Below are positions 1 through 9,669 of a stretch of DNA of 64,000 nt, piece after piece. The stretch lies in assembly GCA_903928965.1 (NCBI GenBank), contig CAIYSZ010000028.1:2837-66836 (forward strand), read 5' to 3'. The notes beneath the pieces were generated by a model, which had not been told where the DNA came from, did not search any database, and saw only the letters and a program-made list of their open reading frames with translations. This DNA comes from an uncultured Pseudomonadota bacterium. Its GTDB lineage: Bacteria; Pseudomonadota; Gammaproteobacteria; Methylococcales; Methylomonadaceae. The position numbers and the translations under genes are program-made. How positions within the stretch are numbered: the stretch's first letter is position 1; each line of letters opens with the position of its first letter.

Positions 1-417
1 GGCCGCCAAATCCGGGGCGTTGACGGAGACGATGCCTTGGTAGGGCTCGCCTTGCTCAGGTTCTATGGTAATGACCAAGCGTGCGCCGGGGCCTAGCATG
101 TGCGCCAAATGTTCGCCCGCGACTTGCGCTTCGCTGCGCACCAGGCCGCGGATGCGGCGTTGGTGGTCGCATTGCGCGACTAGGGCTTTCAGGTCGCCGC
201 CGCCTTGTATTTGCATGATTAGCGCGCCTTTGAATTTGATGGTGGCGGATAACAGCGCCGAGGCGGCCAGAGCTTCGCCCAGTTGCGCCTCGACGGCGGG
301 GCTCGGGAAATGCTGCCGGCTTTTGGCTTGTTGCAGGCTGTGCGTGAGTTGAACCCATTCGCCGCGCACGCCGCATTTTTCAAATAAAAACCGGCGTAGA
401 CTATCTTGCTCTTGCAT
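1..417 (-). CDS. hslO: Hsp33 family redox-regulated chaperone, N-terminal part (runs off the window start)
   Basis: Manual translation from ATG at 417: MQEQDSLRRFLFEKCGVRGEWVQLTHSLQQAKSRQHFPEPAVEAQLGEALAASALLSATIKFKGALIMQIQGGGDLKAL, matching the Hsp33 N-terminus. Not in the ORF track because the stop lies outside the window. Confidence 0.9.
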   Translation of the reverse strand, partial: MQEQDSLRRFLFEKCGVRGEWVQLTHSLQQAKSRQHFPSPAVEAQLGEALAASALLSATIKFKGALIMQIQGGGDLKALVAQCDHQRRIRGLVRSEAQVAGEHLAHMLGPGARLVITIEPEQGEPYQGIVSVNAPDLAA

Positions 418-518
418 GGATGGCTTGTATTTTAGCTTGGTTTGCAAGCGTCTATTATACGCGAGTTGCGGCGCCTGATTTTCAAAAACCGGCGCCGGGC
501 CGGGAAACATGTAAAGGT

Positions 519-1052
519 TTATTCACGCGACGGTTGCAGGCCGTGCAGGCGTTCCAATTGGCAAATGGCGCGGTTCAACAGGCGGATCTGTTTGTCCTCG
601 ACGAAATGCATGCCCAGTGCGTAAAAAATCGGCATCCAGAACGGATTAATCAGCAGACCGCCGACTAGGCTGTTAAAGGTGCGTTTCAGGTTTAACAGCG
701 GATTCAGACCTTGGGTCAGGGTGTGCTTAGGGTGTTCGGCGAACACATTAGAGAGCGGCAGCAGGCGGTTAGCCTGATGCGGTTGTAGCGCGGCCAAGCT
801 GGTTCGCAGGCGCAGGCCTATGTTTTTAAAGCCGCCGCGGGCGCGGAAGACGGTGATTAAAAAGGCCAAGGCCATCATCGGCAGCAGTATGCGCGGCGGG
901 GCCACGGGCGCGAACATCGGTGCGGCTAGGACGAGCATATAGCCCAGCATGATGGTGTCTTCGCAATGTTCGAGGTCTTGGTCAACGCCGGCGATGATGG
1001 CGATGACCGGGTCCTGATGGAACTGGGCGGGATAGGCTTGAGGATTTTTCAT
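519..1052 (-). CDS. Hypothetical membrane protein
   Basis: 177-aa ORF with two or three hydrophobic segments; no family recognised. Confidence 0.6.
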   Translation of the reverse strand: MKNPQAYPAQFHQDPVIAIIAGVDQDLEHCEDTIMLGYMLVLAAPMFAPVAPPRILLPMMALAFLITVFRARGGFKNIGLRLRTSLAALQPHQANRLLPLSNVFAEHPKHTLTQGLNPLLNLKRTFNSLVGGLLINPFWMPIFYALGMHFVEDKQIRLLNRAICQLERLHGLQPSRE

Positions 1053-1171
1053 GGCGTCACCTGAAGTTAGGAATCTGCCGTTTCAGCATTACCGGGTTTT
1101 TACAATTTGTCAAGCGGATGCGGCGTCTTTTTTCGGCCCGTTTGCTTGCAATGCGCTCTTGCCGGAAGCGC

Positions 1172-1822
1172 TTACCAGAAACGCGCCCGGCCGGAGTCTA
1201 TGTGCACGAAGTCGGAATCGGGGTAATAGCCCACGCCGCCCCGGTTCATGACCAGCGCGGCGTTGCGGATATGCCCGGTGTCGATGCCGGCGATGCGGAT
1301 GTCGATAGCCTTGCCTTCCATGTGTAGGCTGTGGCTGGCGACGCCGCTGCTTTCACTTTGCAGCCAGTTGTTGGTGGCGGGCGAACGGTAGCCGGAGATG
1401 ATGTGAAACGGTTTACCCTCGGTGTTCAGCATGAGTTTTAGATCGTGCAATTGGTCCAATAGGGCCAGGTCGATGGGGTATATGTCGCCGGTGCGGTAAT
1501 CGCGCAATATGTAATTGATTTCATTTAGCGCGGATTTGAGGTAACGGCCGCTTTCAAAATAGGTTAGCTTTAATTTGTCGCCGGTATGGGTGTGTTCAAA
1601 AGCCAGGGTTTTATGGCTTTCGAGATGCGGCTTGTGCGGGTGGCGGTGCGCATCCCGCGCATGGCGCGGGTGAAGAACGTGATGGGCGTGATGCGCATGT
1701 CCCGCCAGCGCCGCCGGAGCGCTTAAAGTGAGTAATGCTCCGCCGGCTTGGCAAAGAAATTTACGGCGTCCGCTAGCAATGTTTTCCTCCGCCTCGCGGA
1801 GGTTGTTTGGATGTTGCAACAT
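1172..1822 (-). CDS. ycbK: YcbK/DUF882 (MepK-like) peptidase M15A, Tat-exported
   Basis: Twin-arginine signal GRRKFL; motifs HTHTGDKL, ISGYRSPATN, SHSLHMEGKAID, GGVGYYP.SDFVHIDSG..RFW. Confidence 0.9.
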   Translation of the reverse strand: MLQHPNNLREAEENIASGRRKFLCQAGGALLTLSAPAALAGHAHHAHHVLHPRHARDAHRHPHKPHLESHKTLAFEHTHTGDKLKLTYFESGRYLKSALNEINYILRDYRTGDIYPIDLALLDQLHDLKLMLNTEGKPFHIISGYRSPATNNWLQSESSGVASHSLHMEGKAIDIRIAGIDTGHIRNAALVMNRGGVGYYPDSDFVHIDSGRARFW

Positions 1823-2037
1823 AGGGGCGTTCCTTAATGGTGATCAATGCTATGGGTTAAACAAAACCTCGTTTGGGGGCCCGGATTTGGCCAAAAAAGC
1901 TTGGTTTCGGCATTGTCATTATCAAGTTTGTCTTTTTGTTGTAGCATGATGCCTATTATAGCAATTCTTGGCCGGTTGTACGATAATTCGGCCGCCGCCG
2001 CGGCGGCTACAAATGGGTTGAATAGGGGGAAGGAATA

Positions 2038-2466
2038 ATGGGGGAAGGATTGATGCGTTTTGCAAGTATTTTTTTGTTGGCGGCCGGTCTAATGGTTAGT
2101 CAGGGGCTTTGGGCGCAGGCCGCGCCGAGCCATTCAGGTCATGGCGGCGGCAGCGGTTCGTCGGAGGATGGCGCTTGCGTCAAGGCCAGGATTAGCCGTT
2201 TCAAGCCGGATCATTTGGAATCGGTTCCGCCGGGGGCGGAATTTCAATTCACGGTTTCCGGCAGTAACGGGCCAGGGCATATTCACGTCACCATTCGCCA
2301 GGAGCCGGTTCCGGTGACCGTGGAGGATAAGGAAACATTTTATGTGGTTAAGGCCAAGTTGCCGCCGGAGATTAAAAATCAGGCGGTGCGGATTTCGATC
2401 AAGGCCAAGGCGAAAAACAGTAAATGCGACGCCGATGCCGGTATTTTGCTAAAAGTGACCGAGTAG
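2038..2466 (+). CDS. Hypothetical secreted protein
   Basis: Signal peptide (FASIFLLAAGLMVSQGLWA), Gly/Ser linker, then a beta-rich domain with two Cys. The start may be 2053. Confidence 0.7.
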   Translation: MGEGLMRFASIFLLAAGLMVSQGLWAQAAPSHSGHGGGSGSSEDGACVKARISRFKPDHLESVPPGAEFQFTVSGSNGPGHIHVTIRQEPVPVTVEDKETFYVVKAKLPPEIKNQAVRISIKAKAKNSKCDADAGILLKVTE

Positions 2467-2500
2467 CCGTGATCCGGATAAGTCCGGCCGGGACGCTCTT

Positions 2501-2860
2501 TTAAACTTCCGGCGCGGCGGGTTGGTCTATAAACACGGCTAGCCAGATTGTGTTTTGCATAGGGTCGGTCCAGTCTACCCGATGCCGGCTATGGGCGGGG
2601 ATAAAAACGTGATCGCCGGGCTGGAGTTCGATATCGGCTTGGCCGGCCACGCTCAACCGAGCTTGGCCTTGCAGCAGCAGCACCCATTCGTGTTGCGGTT
2701 GATCTTGCCAATCATCGCCGGGGTCGGCGTGGCCATGCGAGACGATGCGCTCGATACGTACGCCGGGCTTGGCGCATAGGGTTTCAAACCATTCCGCCGC
2801 CTCTGGCTCCGGTATGTTTTTAAATAACGATAATTTATTCAGGCTTAATGGATTATTCAT
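2501..2860 (-). CDS. Cupin domain protein
   Basis: RIERIVSHGH...WQDQPQHEWVLLLQGQA...LQPGDHVFIPAHSRHRVDWT cupin motifs. Confidence 0.85.
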   Translation of the reverse strand: MNNPLSLNKLSLFKNIPEPEAAEWFETLCAKPGVRIERIVSHGHADPGDDWQDQPQHEWVLLLQGQARLSVAGQADIELQPGDHVFIPAHSRHRVDWTDPMQNTIWLAVFIDQPAAPEV

Positions 2861-2877
2861 GCCGAAAGGGGGGAACG

Positions 2878-3534
2878 ATGGGTAATACTATTTTAGCAAT
2901 TTTAGAACAGGTTTGGCCGCGGCTGAAAGCGGAAGCGCCGGGAGCGGCGGCTTGGACGCGCAAGGCTTGCGCCAGGGCAAGAACGGCCGAGTTCATGGCG
3001 CCGCTATTGCTGCGCTGGTATTTGGCGCCGGTGTTTTGGATGGCCGGCGTGCAAAAATTTAGCCATTTTTCAGAAACCGCGGTTTGGTTTGGCGACGCGG
3101 AGTCGGGATTGGGCCTGCCCGCGCCTTATATCTGGGTGTTTTTAGTGGCTTTGTTCGAGACTTTGGGCGCGGTGTTTTTATTCCTGGGTTTCGCCACCCG
3201 CGTTATCAGTCTGCCGTTGATGGTGATTATGGCGGTGGCCGCGCTAGAGGTGCATTGGCCGAACGGCTGGCTGGCTATTGCCGCCGGTCAGGGTCTGTTC
3301 GCCACCGGCCGCACCATGGCGGCGGTGGAGCGTTTGCAGCAGGCCAAGGAGATTCTGCAATCTCAAACGGATTATAACTGGCTGACTGAGCACGGCAATT
3401 TGGTGATGTTGAATAACGGCGTCGAATTCGCCGTCACTTATTTTGTCATGCTATTGACTTTGTTTTTCATCGGCGGCGGCCGTTATGTCAGCGCGGATTA
3501 TTGGTTGAAGCGGCATTGGCATTGGCAGGATTGA
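2878..3534 (+). CDS. DoxX family membrane protein
   Basis: LLLRWYLAPVFWMAGVQKF, ETLGAVFLFLGFATR, LNNGVEFAVTYFVML..GGGRYVSAD; ATG at 2878 follows a GGGGGA RBS. Confidence 0.85.
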   Translation: MGNTILAILEQVWPRLKAEAPGAAAWTRKACARARTAEFMAPLLLRWYLAPVFWMAGVQKFSHFSETAVWFGDAESGLGLPAPYIWVFLVALFETLGAVFLFLGFATRVISLPLMVIMAVAALEVHWPNGWLAIAAGQGLFATGRTMAAVERLQQAKEILQSQTDYNWLTEHGNLVMLNNGVEFAVTYFVMLLTLFFIGGGRYVSADYWLKRHWHWQD

Positions 3535-3630
3535 AGCCGTATACACGCTATGCATGGTGTCCGGCGTTGGTTTTATTTTCATTTCGTCGTATTATAATTT
3601 ATTGTTTGTGGTTGGGTTGTAGGTGGAATT

Positions 3631-4338
3631 ATGTCTTTGTTGAGTTCTTTGAAAAAACGTTCGGCCTTGGATGCGGCGGTCAAGCTGGTGGCAAAGGCGC
3701 GCAAGAACCAGGGCGAGAATAGCGAGCAACTTTATCGAGAGGCTTATCTGGGTTTCGCTTCGGTGGTGGCGGATAATCTGTTGATTGCCGAAGCCTTGTA
3801 CCATTGGGGCTTCGCCTTATTACACGAAGCCAAGGCTCAGGACCCGGAAACGGCGGCCTCTACCCTGCTGGACGCTATCGACAAGTTTACTTTTTGTTTG
3901 TTGGCCAGACCGGAGTATTTAGGCGCCGCGATCGACGGCGGCGTGGCTTACATGGAGTTGGCGCGCTTGCACCCGGACGCGGATAAGCCGGGTTTATATG
4001 CGGCGGCCCGTGACTTTTTCGAGAAGGCCGGGGCGATTCAAAAAGGCAGCTCCGCGTATAATCTGGCTTGCATTCATGCCTTAAACGGTGACGAGGAGGC
4101 TTGCTTGGCGGCCTTGCGTTTGGCCGGCCAAAGCGGTTGCTTGCCGGACGAATCCATGATTTTGCAGGACGCGGATTTGGCTTCGGTGGTGGATAAGGAT
4201 TGGTTTACCGAGTTTCTGGCCGAAACGCGGGAGAATCTTTTGCAGGCCGCCGCCGAGAAAAAGGCTAAAACCAATGTGGAATATGAGCCTATGGTTAAAT
4301 TGAAAAAAACCGAGGATTTTGATTATTACGCCAAGTGA
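3631..4338 (+). CDS. TPR-repeat protein with C-terminal TPR-end domain
   Basis: Helical repeats ending in AYNLACIHALNGDEEACLAAL..A...DADLASV. Confidence 0.75.
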   Translation: MSLLSSLKKRSALDAAVKLVAKARKNQGENSEQLYREAYLGFASVVADNLLIAEALYHWGFALLHEAKAQDPETAASTLLDAIDKFTFCLLARPEYLGAAIDGGVAYMELARLHPDADKPGLYAAARDFFEKAGAIQKGSSAYNLACIHALNGDEEACLAALRLAGQSGCLPDESMILQDADLASVVDKDWFTEFLAETRENLLQAAAEKKAKTNVEYEPMVKLKKTEDFDYYAK

Positions 4339-4384
4339 TTCTGGTGTATCAGATCGAGCGGCAGGCTGACAAGAGGACGAGGAT

Positions 4385-5470
4385 ATGTATAAGCAGCCAA
4401 AGGCGGTGTCCATCATTCGCATCGAAAACCAGGCCGGTTTGTCGCGTTCGCAAAAGCAGTTTAATACCTTAAACAAGAAAATCGAGCAGGCGAAAAATAC
4501 GCTGTCGGTGTGGCAGAATGCGGTACTGGAGTATAACCATCTGGTGATTACGGAGTATGAGCCGGTAAGGCAACGATACAATGATTCCAGGGTGGAATTG
4601 TTGCAGCTTTTCGACCGGGCTTGGGGGCTTAAATCGCACCCGAAAAACGAAAAAAAAAAATTGAGTCATCTTATTTGCGATTTGGCGTATGAATTGATTG
4701 ATGCGTTTGATCGGGCGGATTTGAAATCCCTGTACGACAAGCACAGTCAGATTTCCTTTGATGAGTTGCGTGAGCGGGAAGATGCGTTGCATCATGAAAT
4801 GATGCGGCGAGTAGGCGAGGATTTATTTGGTCTTGACCCGGCGGAGAATGTGGACTTTTCTTCCCCGGAGGCGGTCGCGGCGGCCATGGAGGACGTATTG
4901 CGCCGGGAAGCCGAGGCGGAACAGCAGCGCCGCGCCAAACGCAAGAAAAGCGCCAAGCAATTGCAGGCCGAGGCGCGCAAGCTGCAAGAGGAGCAGGATA
5001 TCAGTTTGACGATTAGGGAAATCTTCAGAAAATTGACTTCGGCGGTGCATCCGGACCGCGAGCCTGACGAGGATGAGCGGTTGCGGAAAACGGAATTGAT
5101 GCAACGGGTTAACGCGGCTTATCAAAAAAAGGATTTATTGGCTTTGTTGGGTTTGCAGTTGGAGATAGAGCAAATCGACGCTTCGCATATTAATACCATG
5201 GCCGAAGAGAAATTGAAATATGTGAACAAGGTGTTGCGGGAGCAGCTGTCCAGTTTGGAGCAGGAAATCGAGTCGATTACCGAGCCGTTTAGAATCCGTT
5301 TGGGGTGGCCGCATTATGCGGCTTTCAGCCCGGCCAGTTTGTTTGTGCGCTTGCGCGCGGAAATTGGCGAATTGCGCGGCGCGGCGAAGGATATTCAGAG
5401 CAATTTGGATGCGTTCCGGGACGACGGGGTGCTTAGCCTCTGGTTGAAGCACTATAAAATACCCAAATAG
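4385..5470 (+). CDS. Coiled-coil protein with an internal J-domain
   Basis: IREIFRKLTSAVHPDRE...ELMQRVNAAY (HPD motif). Confidence 0.75.
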   Translation: MYKQPKAVSIIRIENQAGLSRSQKQFNTLNKKIEQAKNTLSVWQNAVLEYNHLVITEYEPVRQRYNDSRVELLQLFDRAWGLKSHPKNEKKKLSHLICDLAYELIDAFDRADLKSLYDKHSQISFDELREREDALHHEMMRRVGEDLFGLDPAENVDFSSPEAVAAAMEDVLRREAEAEQQRRAKRKKSAKQLQAEARKLQEEQDISLTIREIFRKLTSAVHPDREPDEDERLRKTELMQRVNAAYQKKDLLALLGLQLEIEQIDASHINTMAEEKLKYVNKVLREQLSSLEQEIESITEPFRIRLGWPHYAAFSPASLFVRLRAEIGELRGAAKDIQSNLDAFRDDGVLSLWLKHYKIPK

Positions 5471-5493
5471 GGGCGGCAAGCGGACGTTTTTAC

Positions 5494-6039
5494 TTATTCC
5501 GCTAGACCGAGGATTCGCCGCAATTTGGCGCTGCCCAGTTCCCGGCACAGGCGGATGTTGCGTTCCGGTATAAGCTCGGGATGCGGATAGTGAGCCAACG
5601 CTTGTTCTAGTCTTTCTTCCCGTAGCAGATGCCACATCGGATAAGGCGAGCGGTTGGTGTAATTGGCCGGATCGTCCGCGTCGCAACCGGCAAAACGGTA
5701 GCCGGGATGGAAATGGGCTAGTTGATAGACGCCCTGATAGCCTTGCTGCGGCATCAATTGTTCCGCCACGGCGGTTAGATCCAAAAAATCGTCGAAGTCA
5801 GCGAGCGCTTGGCTGAATATGAGTAGCGTGGTTTCAATGCTCGGCAGCTGATCGAGAATGCGGCATTCGGCGATCAGCGCCAGCAGGCAAGCTTCCGCGT
5901 CCGCGTCGTCTAGGACGCGGTAGCGGATGCTTTGTTGTTCATGAACGCGTTCCGCGAACGGACATATCCGGTAAGGGATGATAAAGCGGCCGAGCCAGTC
6001 TTTGACGGCCGCCGCCGGCCCCGATTCGGACATGTCCAT
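5494..6039 (-). CDS. DUF1415 family protein
   Basis: ICPFA, ETTLLIF, YQLAHFHPGYRFAG..DDPANYTNRSPYPMWHLLRE. Confidence 0.85.
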   Translation of the reverse strand: MDMSESGPAAAVKDWLGRFIIPYRICPFAERVHEQQSIRYRVLDDADAEACLLALIAECRILDQLPSIETTLLIFSQALADFDDFLDLTAVAEQLMPQQGYQGVYQLAHFHPGYRFAGCDADDPANYTNRSPYPMWHLLREERLEQALAHYPHPELIPERNIRLCRELGSAKLRRILGLAE

Positions 6040-6048
6040 GGGCGGGTT

Positions 6049-6714
6049 TTAGTAGGTGATGACTTCGCTGCCTTTGCCGACCAATACGATATCGGCGCCG
6101 CGCATGGCGAAAAGTCCTACGGTCAAGACGCCGGGAATGTTGTTGATGGTCTGTTCCATGGCAACCGGGTCCAGGATGTTCAGGTTATGCACGTCAAGTA
6201 TTTCGCAGCCGTTGTCGGAGATGAAGTTTTCGCGTAATACCGGTTGGCCGCCCAATTTGACCAGTTCGCGGGCGACGAAGCTGCGCGCCAGAGGCAGCAC
6301 TTCGACCGGTAATGGATATTTACCCAGCACGTCCACGCATTTGCTGGAGTCTACGATGCAGACGAAGGTTTTGCTGGCGCCGCCGATGATTTTTTCCCGC
6401 GTCAGCGCGCCGCCGCCGCCTTTGAGCATTTTTTTATGCGGCGTGACTTCGTCCGCGCCGTCCACGTAAACTTCCAGACTGCCGGTTTGGTTTAGCTCCA
6501 GTACCGGGATGCCGATGCTTTTCAGGTGTTCGGTGGTTTTGATGGAGCTGGAGACCGCGCCTTCGATATCGCGTTTGAAATCGCAGTCCGCCAGTAAATT
6601 AATTAAATGGGTGACGGTGGAGCCGGTGCCCATGCCGATGATAGGCACATTTTTTAAATAGCCGAGCGCGGCTTGGGCGACTTGTTTTTTGAGTTCGTCT
6701 TGTGTCAAGGTCAT
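6049..6714 (-). CDS. rpiA: Ribose-5-phosphate isomerase A
   Basis: [39 protein letters not shown]. Confidence 0.97.
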   Translation of the reverse strand: MTLTQDELKKQVAQAALGYLKNVPIIGMGTGSTVTHLINLLADCDFKRDIEGAVSSSIKTTEHLKSIGIPVLELNQTGSLEVYVDGADEVTPHKKMLKGGGGALTREKIIGGASKTFVCIVDSSKCVDVLGKYPLPVEVLPLARSFVARELVKLGGQPVLRENFISDNGCEILDVHNLNILDPVAMEQTINNIPGVLTVGLFAMRGADIVLVGKGSEVITY

Positions 6715-6849
6715 GAGTCTTAAGTCCTGATGATTTTTTTTATGATGAGGCGACGCTATGCGTTTATTTGATAATTATATAGGATTTCGGTCATAAGGCG
6801 CTATGCTAGCGTCAATTCGTAAGCTTGGGCAAGTAGGGGGTGTTTAAAA

Positions 6850-7380
6850 ATGAATGAACTCGCGTCCTTAAATGATGCTACTAGCGCTTCTATCCGCTTT
6901 GTCACCGGCGATTGTTCGCTGGGCTGCGTTTTGTTGGCCATGAGTCCGGTTGGGGCGTGCGCCATTTTACTGGGTGACGAAGCGGAGGTTCTGATTAGCG
7001 ATCTGGGTAGGCGTTTTTCCCAAGAGAAGCGAGAGCTTAGCGAGGATGCGGAGTGCGCCGGCGGGTTGCGGCGGGTGGTGGAGCTTATAGAAGCGCCGGC
7101 CTTGGGTCCGGCGTTGCCGCTGGATATTCGCGGTACGGCGTTTCAATTGCGGGTATGGCGGGTGTTGCGCGAGATTCCGCCGGGCGGCCGAGCGAGTTAT
7201 GCGGAGGTCGCGCGACGCATCGGCGCGCCGAATGCGGCGCGGGCCGTGGCCGGGGCTTGCGCCGCTAATCCGCTGGCGGTGGCGATTCCCTGCCATCGCG
7301 TGGTGCGTTCTGATGGCGCTTTATCCGGCTACCGTTGGGGTATTGCGCGCAAGGCGGAATTGTTGCGCCGGGAAAGCTAG
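6850..7380 (+). CDS. ogt: Methylated-DNA--protein-cysteine methyltransferase (Ogt / Ada C-terminal type)
   Basis: GTAFQLRVW, RAVAGACAANP, active-site PCHRVV. Confidence 0.9.
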   Translation: MNELASLNDATSASIRFVTGDCSLGCVLLAMSPVGACAILLGDEAEVLISDLGRRFSQEKRELSEDAECAGGLRRVVELIEAPALGPALPLDIRGTAFQLRVWRVLREIPPGGRASYAEVARRIGAPNAARAVAGACAANPLAVAIPCHRVVRSDGALSGYRWGIARKAELLRRES

Positions 7381-7387
7381 GCTAGGG

Positions 7388-9463
7388 TTACCGTTTTATT
7401 TTAATGGTGACCGATTTTTCAATTGAGCCGCCGCTGCCCGAGCAAGTCAGGGTAAAGGTTTGCGCGGCTTGCAATGAAGGTATTTGAAAGCTGCCGTTCA
7501 AGGCTTGCGCCCCGCTCCAATCGCCGCTGGCTTGGCAAGCGGCGGTGTGGCTGGATTTCCAATGCAATGCGCTCGCCGCGCCGATTTTTACTGGGTCAGG
7601 CTTGGCGCTCAGGCTTAGCGACGGCGGCGGTGTGAGGTCTATGATCTTAGCGGATGCATGTGAGGAGCCGCCCGGTCCTTGGCAGGTTAGCGTATAGGTT
7701 TCTGTTTTGGTAATCGGACCGACTTGTTGGCTGCCGGAAGATTGTAGGTTTTCGATTTGCGGGCTTATGTCCCAACCGCCGCTCGCGGCGCAGGCGGTGG
7801 CTTCGGTTACTGTCCAGGCGATTTCGGCTTGGCCGCCGTAAGGCGCTTTATCGGGAGTCGCAAGCAGTTTGACGATAGGCCGGATTTTTTTGGGTTGTAG
7901 GGTGATGGTTTTTTCCGAATTGCCGCCGCTCCCGCTGCAAGTCAGGGTAAAGCTTTGTTTGGCCGTTAACTGCGCGGTAAGATAAGAGCCGCTAATGGCC
8001 TGGGTTCCGCTCCAGTTTCCGCCTGCTTGGCAGCTGTCGGCGTTTTTAGCCGACCAGCTTAAGGTGGCGGTTTGGCCGTAGATGACTGTTTTGGGCGAGG
8101 CGGTAAAGGTTATGACTGGCGGAGAGGGGCCCAGCCAGGCTTTTACGTTTGGGTAATAGGCGGCGAAATGCGAATAGACGGCGTTTTGATAGTCGTCGCT
8201 TTCGGTGCCGAACAACGTGCCTTTCCAGTTGGATTGGCCGTTTTCAAATGAGAATAGGCCGGAACCGCTGCTGCCGGGCTCCACGCCGCCTTGATTGAAA
8301 TAGATGTTGTCCAGCAAGTGATTGCCGCCTTGGTCGGCGTCCTGTACGTCAGTTAACAAGATTGCGACTTGACCTAGGCTGGCCATGGTTTGGTCGCCTT
8401 GCGGGTGGTGCACGCCCCAAACCGTGTCGCCGACAGCGATGTTCGTGTTCCAGCCGCTGAAGGTGACTCCGGCGGCGGGCGGGCGGTTGAGTTTTAAAAA
8501 AGCCGGTTCTAAATTAAAATTTGTCCATAGCAAAGTAGCGCCGCCATAGGTTTGCGCGTAACGGGAATCAGTGGCGGAGCCGCCGCAGGTTTGCGCTTGA
8601 TAAAACCATTCAAAGGAAGCGGTATCGGCGACATTTTGCGCGCCCAAACAATGATTGGCGCTCATAAACCAGGGTTTTTGGCTGTTAGAGAGGTCATTTA
8701 ATAGGGTGCCGGTGCAGATATAGGACGCGTCGTCCTTGATAAAATTGATTTTGGCGGTAGCGGCGGCGGCTTGGCTTAGCGCGGGGTAAGCCGGGTTGTT
8801 GCTCCAGCAAGCTACATCGAATTTAGTATGATTGGTTAGACCTAGGCTTTCAGGTTGCGCGGCTAGCGCGGTTTTGGGAGTGTCAACCGCAATCAGGTTC
8901 ACCGCGTCCACGCTGAAATCCAAGCTTTGAATATGGGTGGCCGGGATATAAATTTCCAACAGGGTGTTTTCGCCTTCGGTTACCGGCAGCCACAAGGCTT
9001 GGCCGCGGAGGTCGGTTTCATCCAACGGCCCTATCGGTTTCAAGTTTTTGCCGCCTTGCACCCGGAATTCGATTTTATCGGCTTTGACTACGCTGACATG
9101 CAGGCGCGCGCGCAATGCTCCCGGGATGGTGACGCCAAGGCTGGTCGCAAAACCGCCGCCGGTTGGCCGCCATTGCAGTTGCGAGCTGGAGACCGGGTTG
9201 GGCAGGCGGTAAACGACGCCGCTTTGCGTCGGCCCCCGCGAACTAGGCTTGATTTGCGGATTGAGAACCGGCAAAGTAAGCTGGTAGCTTAATGCGGCTG
9301 AGCTACGAAAGGCATTCGTCAGTTGGCTGGGCGGCCGAGGGATGTAGGCCAAGGATGCGGCTTGTTCGGCGAAACCCGGTAGCGTAAAAGCGAACGCCAA
9401 TAGCAGGCCCGCGGCAAGAGCCAAGCGTTTAGTCAATGCGGGCGCGGGGGAGCGAAAGGGCAT
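7388..9463 (-). CDS. Secreted trypsin-like (lysyl endopeptidase-type) serine protease with C-terminal Ig-like repeats
   Basis: Signal peptide; CTGTLLN, SANHC (His), VHHPQGD, GSSGSGLF (Ser); three C-terminal repeats of type W....C.ASG.WSG...SGS......TFTLTC.G.GGS. Confidence 0.85.
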   Translation of the reverse strand: MPFRSPAPALTKRLALAAGLLLAFAFTLPGFAEQAASLAYIPRPPSQLTNAFRSSAALSYQLTLPVLNPQIKPSSRGPTQSGVVYRLPNPVSSSQLQWRPTGGGFATSLGVTIPGALRARLHVSVVKADKIEFRVQGGKNLKPIGPLDETDLRGQALWLPVTEGENTLLEIYIPATHIQSLDFSVDAVNLIAVDTPKTALAAQPESLGLTNHTKFDVACWSNNPAYPALSQAAAATAKINFIKDDASYICTGTLLNDLSNSQKPWFMSANHCLGAQNVADTASFEWFYQAQTCGGSATDSRYAQTYGGATLLWTNFNLEPAFLKLNRPPAAGVTFSGWNTNIAVGDTVWGVHHPQGDQTMASLGQVAILLTDVQDADQGGNHLLDNIYFNQGGVEPGSSGSGLFSFENGQSNWKGTLFGTESDDYQNAVYSHFAAYYPNVKAWLGPSPPVITFTASPKTVIYGQTATLSWSAKNADSCQAGGNWSGTQAISGSYLTAQLTAKQSFTLTCSGSGGNSEKTITLQPKKIRPIVKLLATPDKAPYGGQAEIAWTVTEATACAASGGWDISPQIENLQSSGSQQVGPITKTETYTLTCQGPGGSSHASAKIIDLTPPPSLSLSAKPDPVKIGAASALHWKSSHTAACQASGDWSGAQALNGSFQIPSLQAAQTFTLTCSGSGGSIEKSVTIKIKR

Positions 9464-9669
9464 GGATGATCGGTATTTAATGGTTATGGGTTTAATTGTA
9501 GATTAACTTGGCTTATGGATTGGATTTTAGACTGTTTTCGGTGTAAAGTTTGGAAAAGGATTCACAATTTTGTTTTTCGTCTCGGCCCGCGCGGGGCGTG
9601 TTTTTTGCGGTTCACTTCCGGGCCGCATGTTATAATTTTGAAATTTGGAGCTGCTGATTGGTTGGCCGT

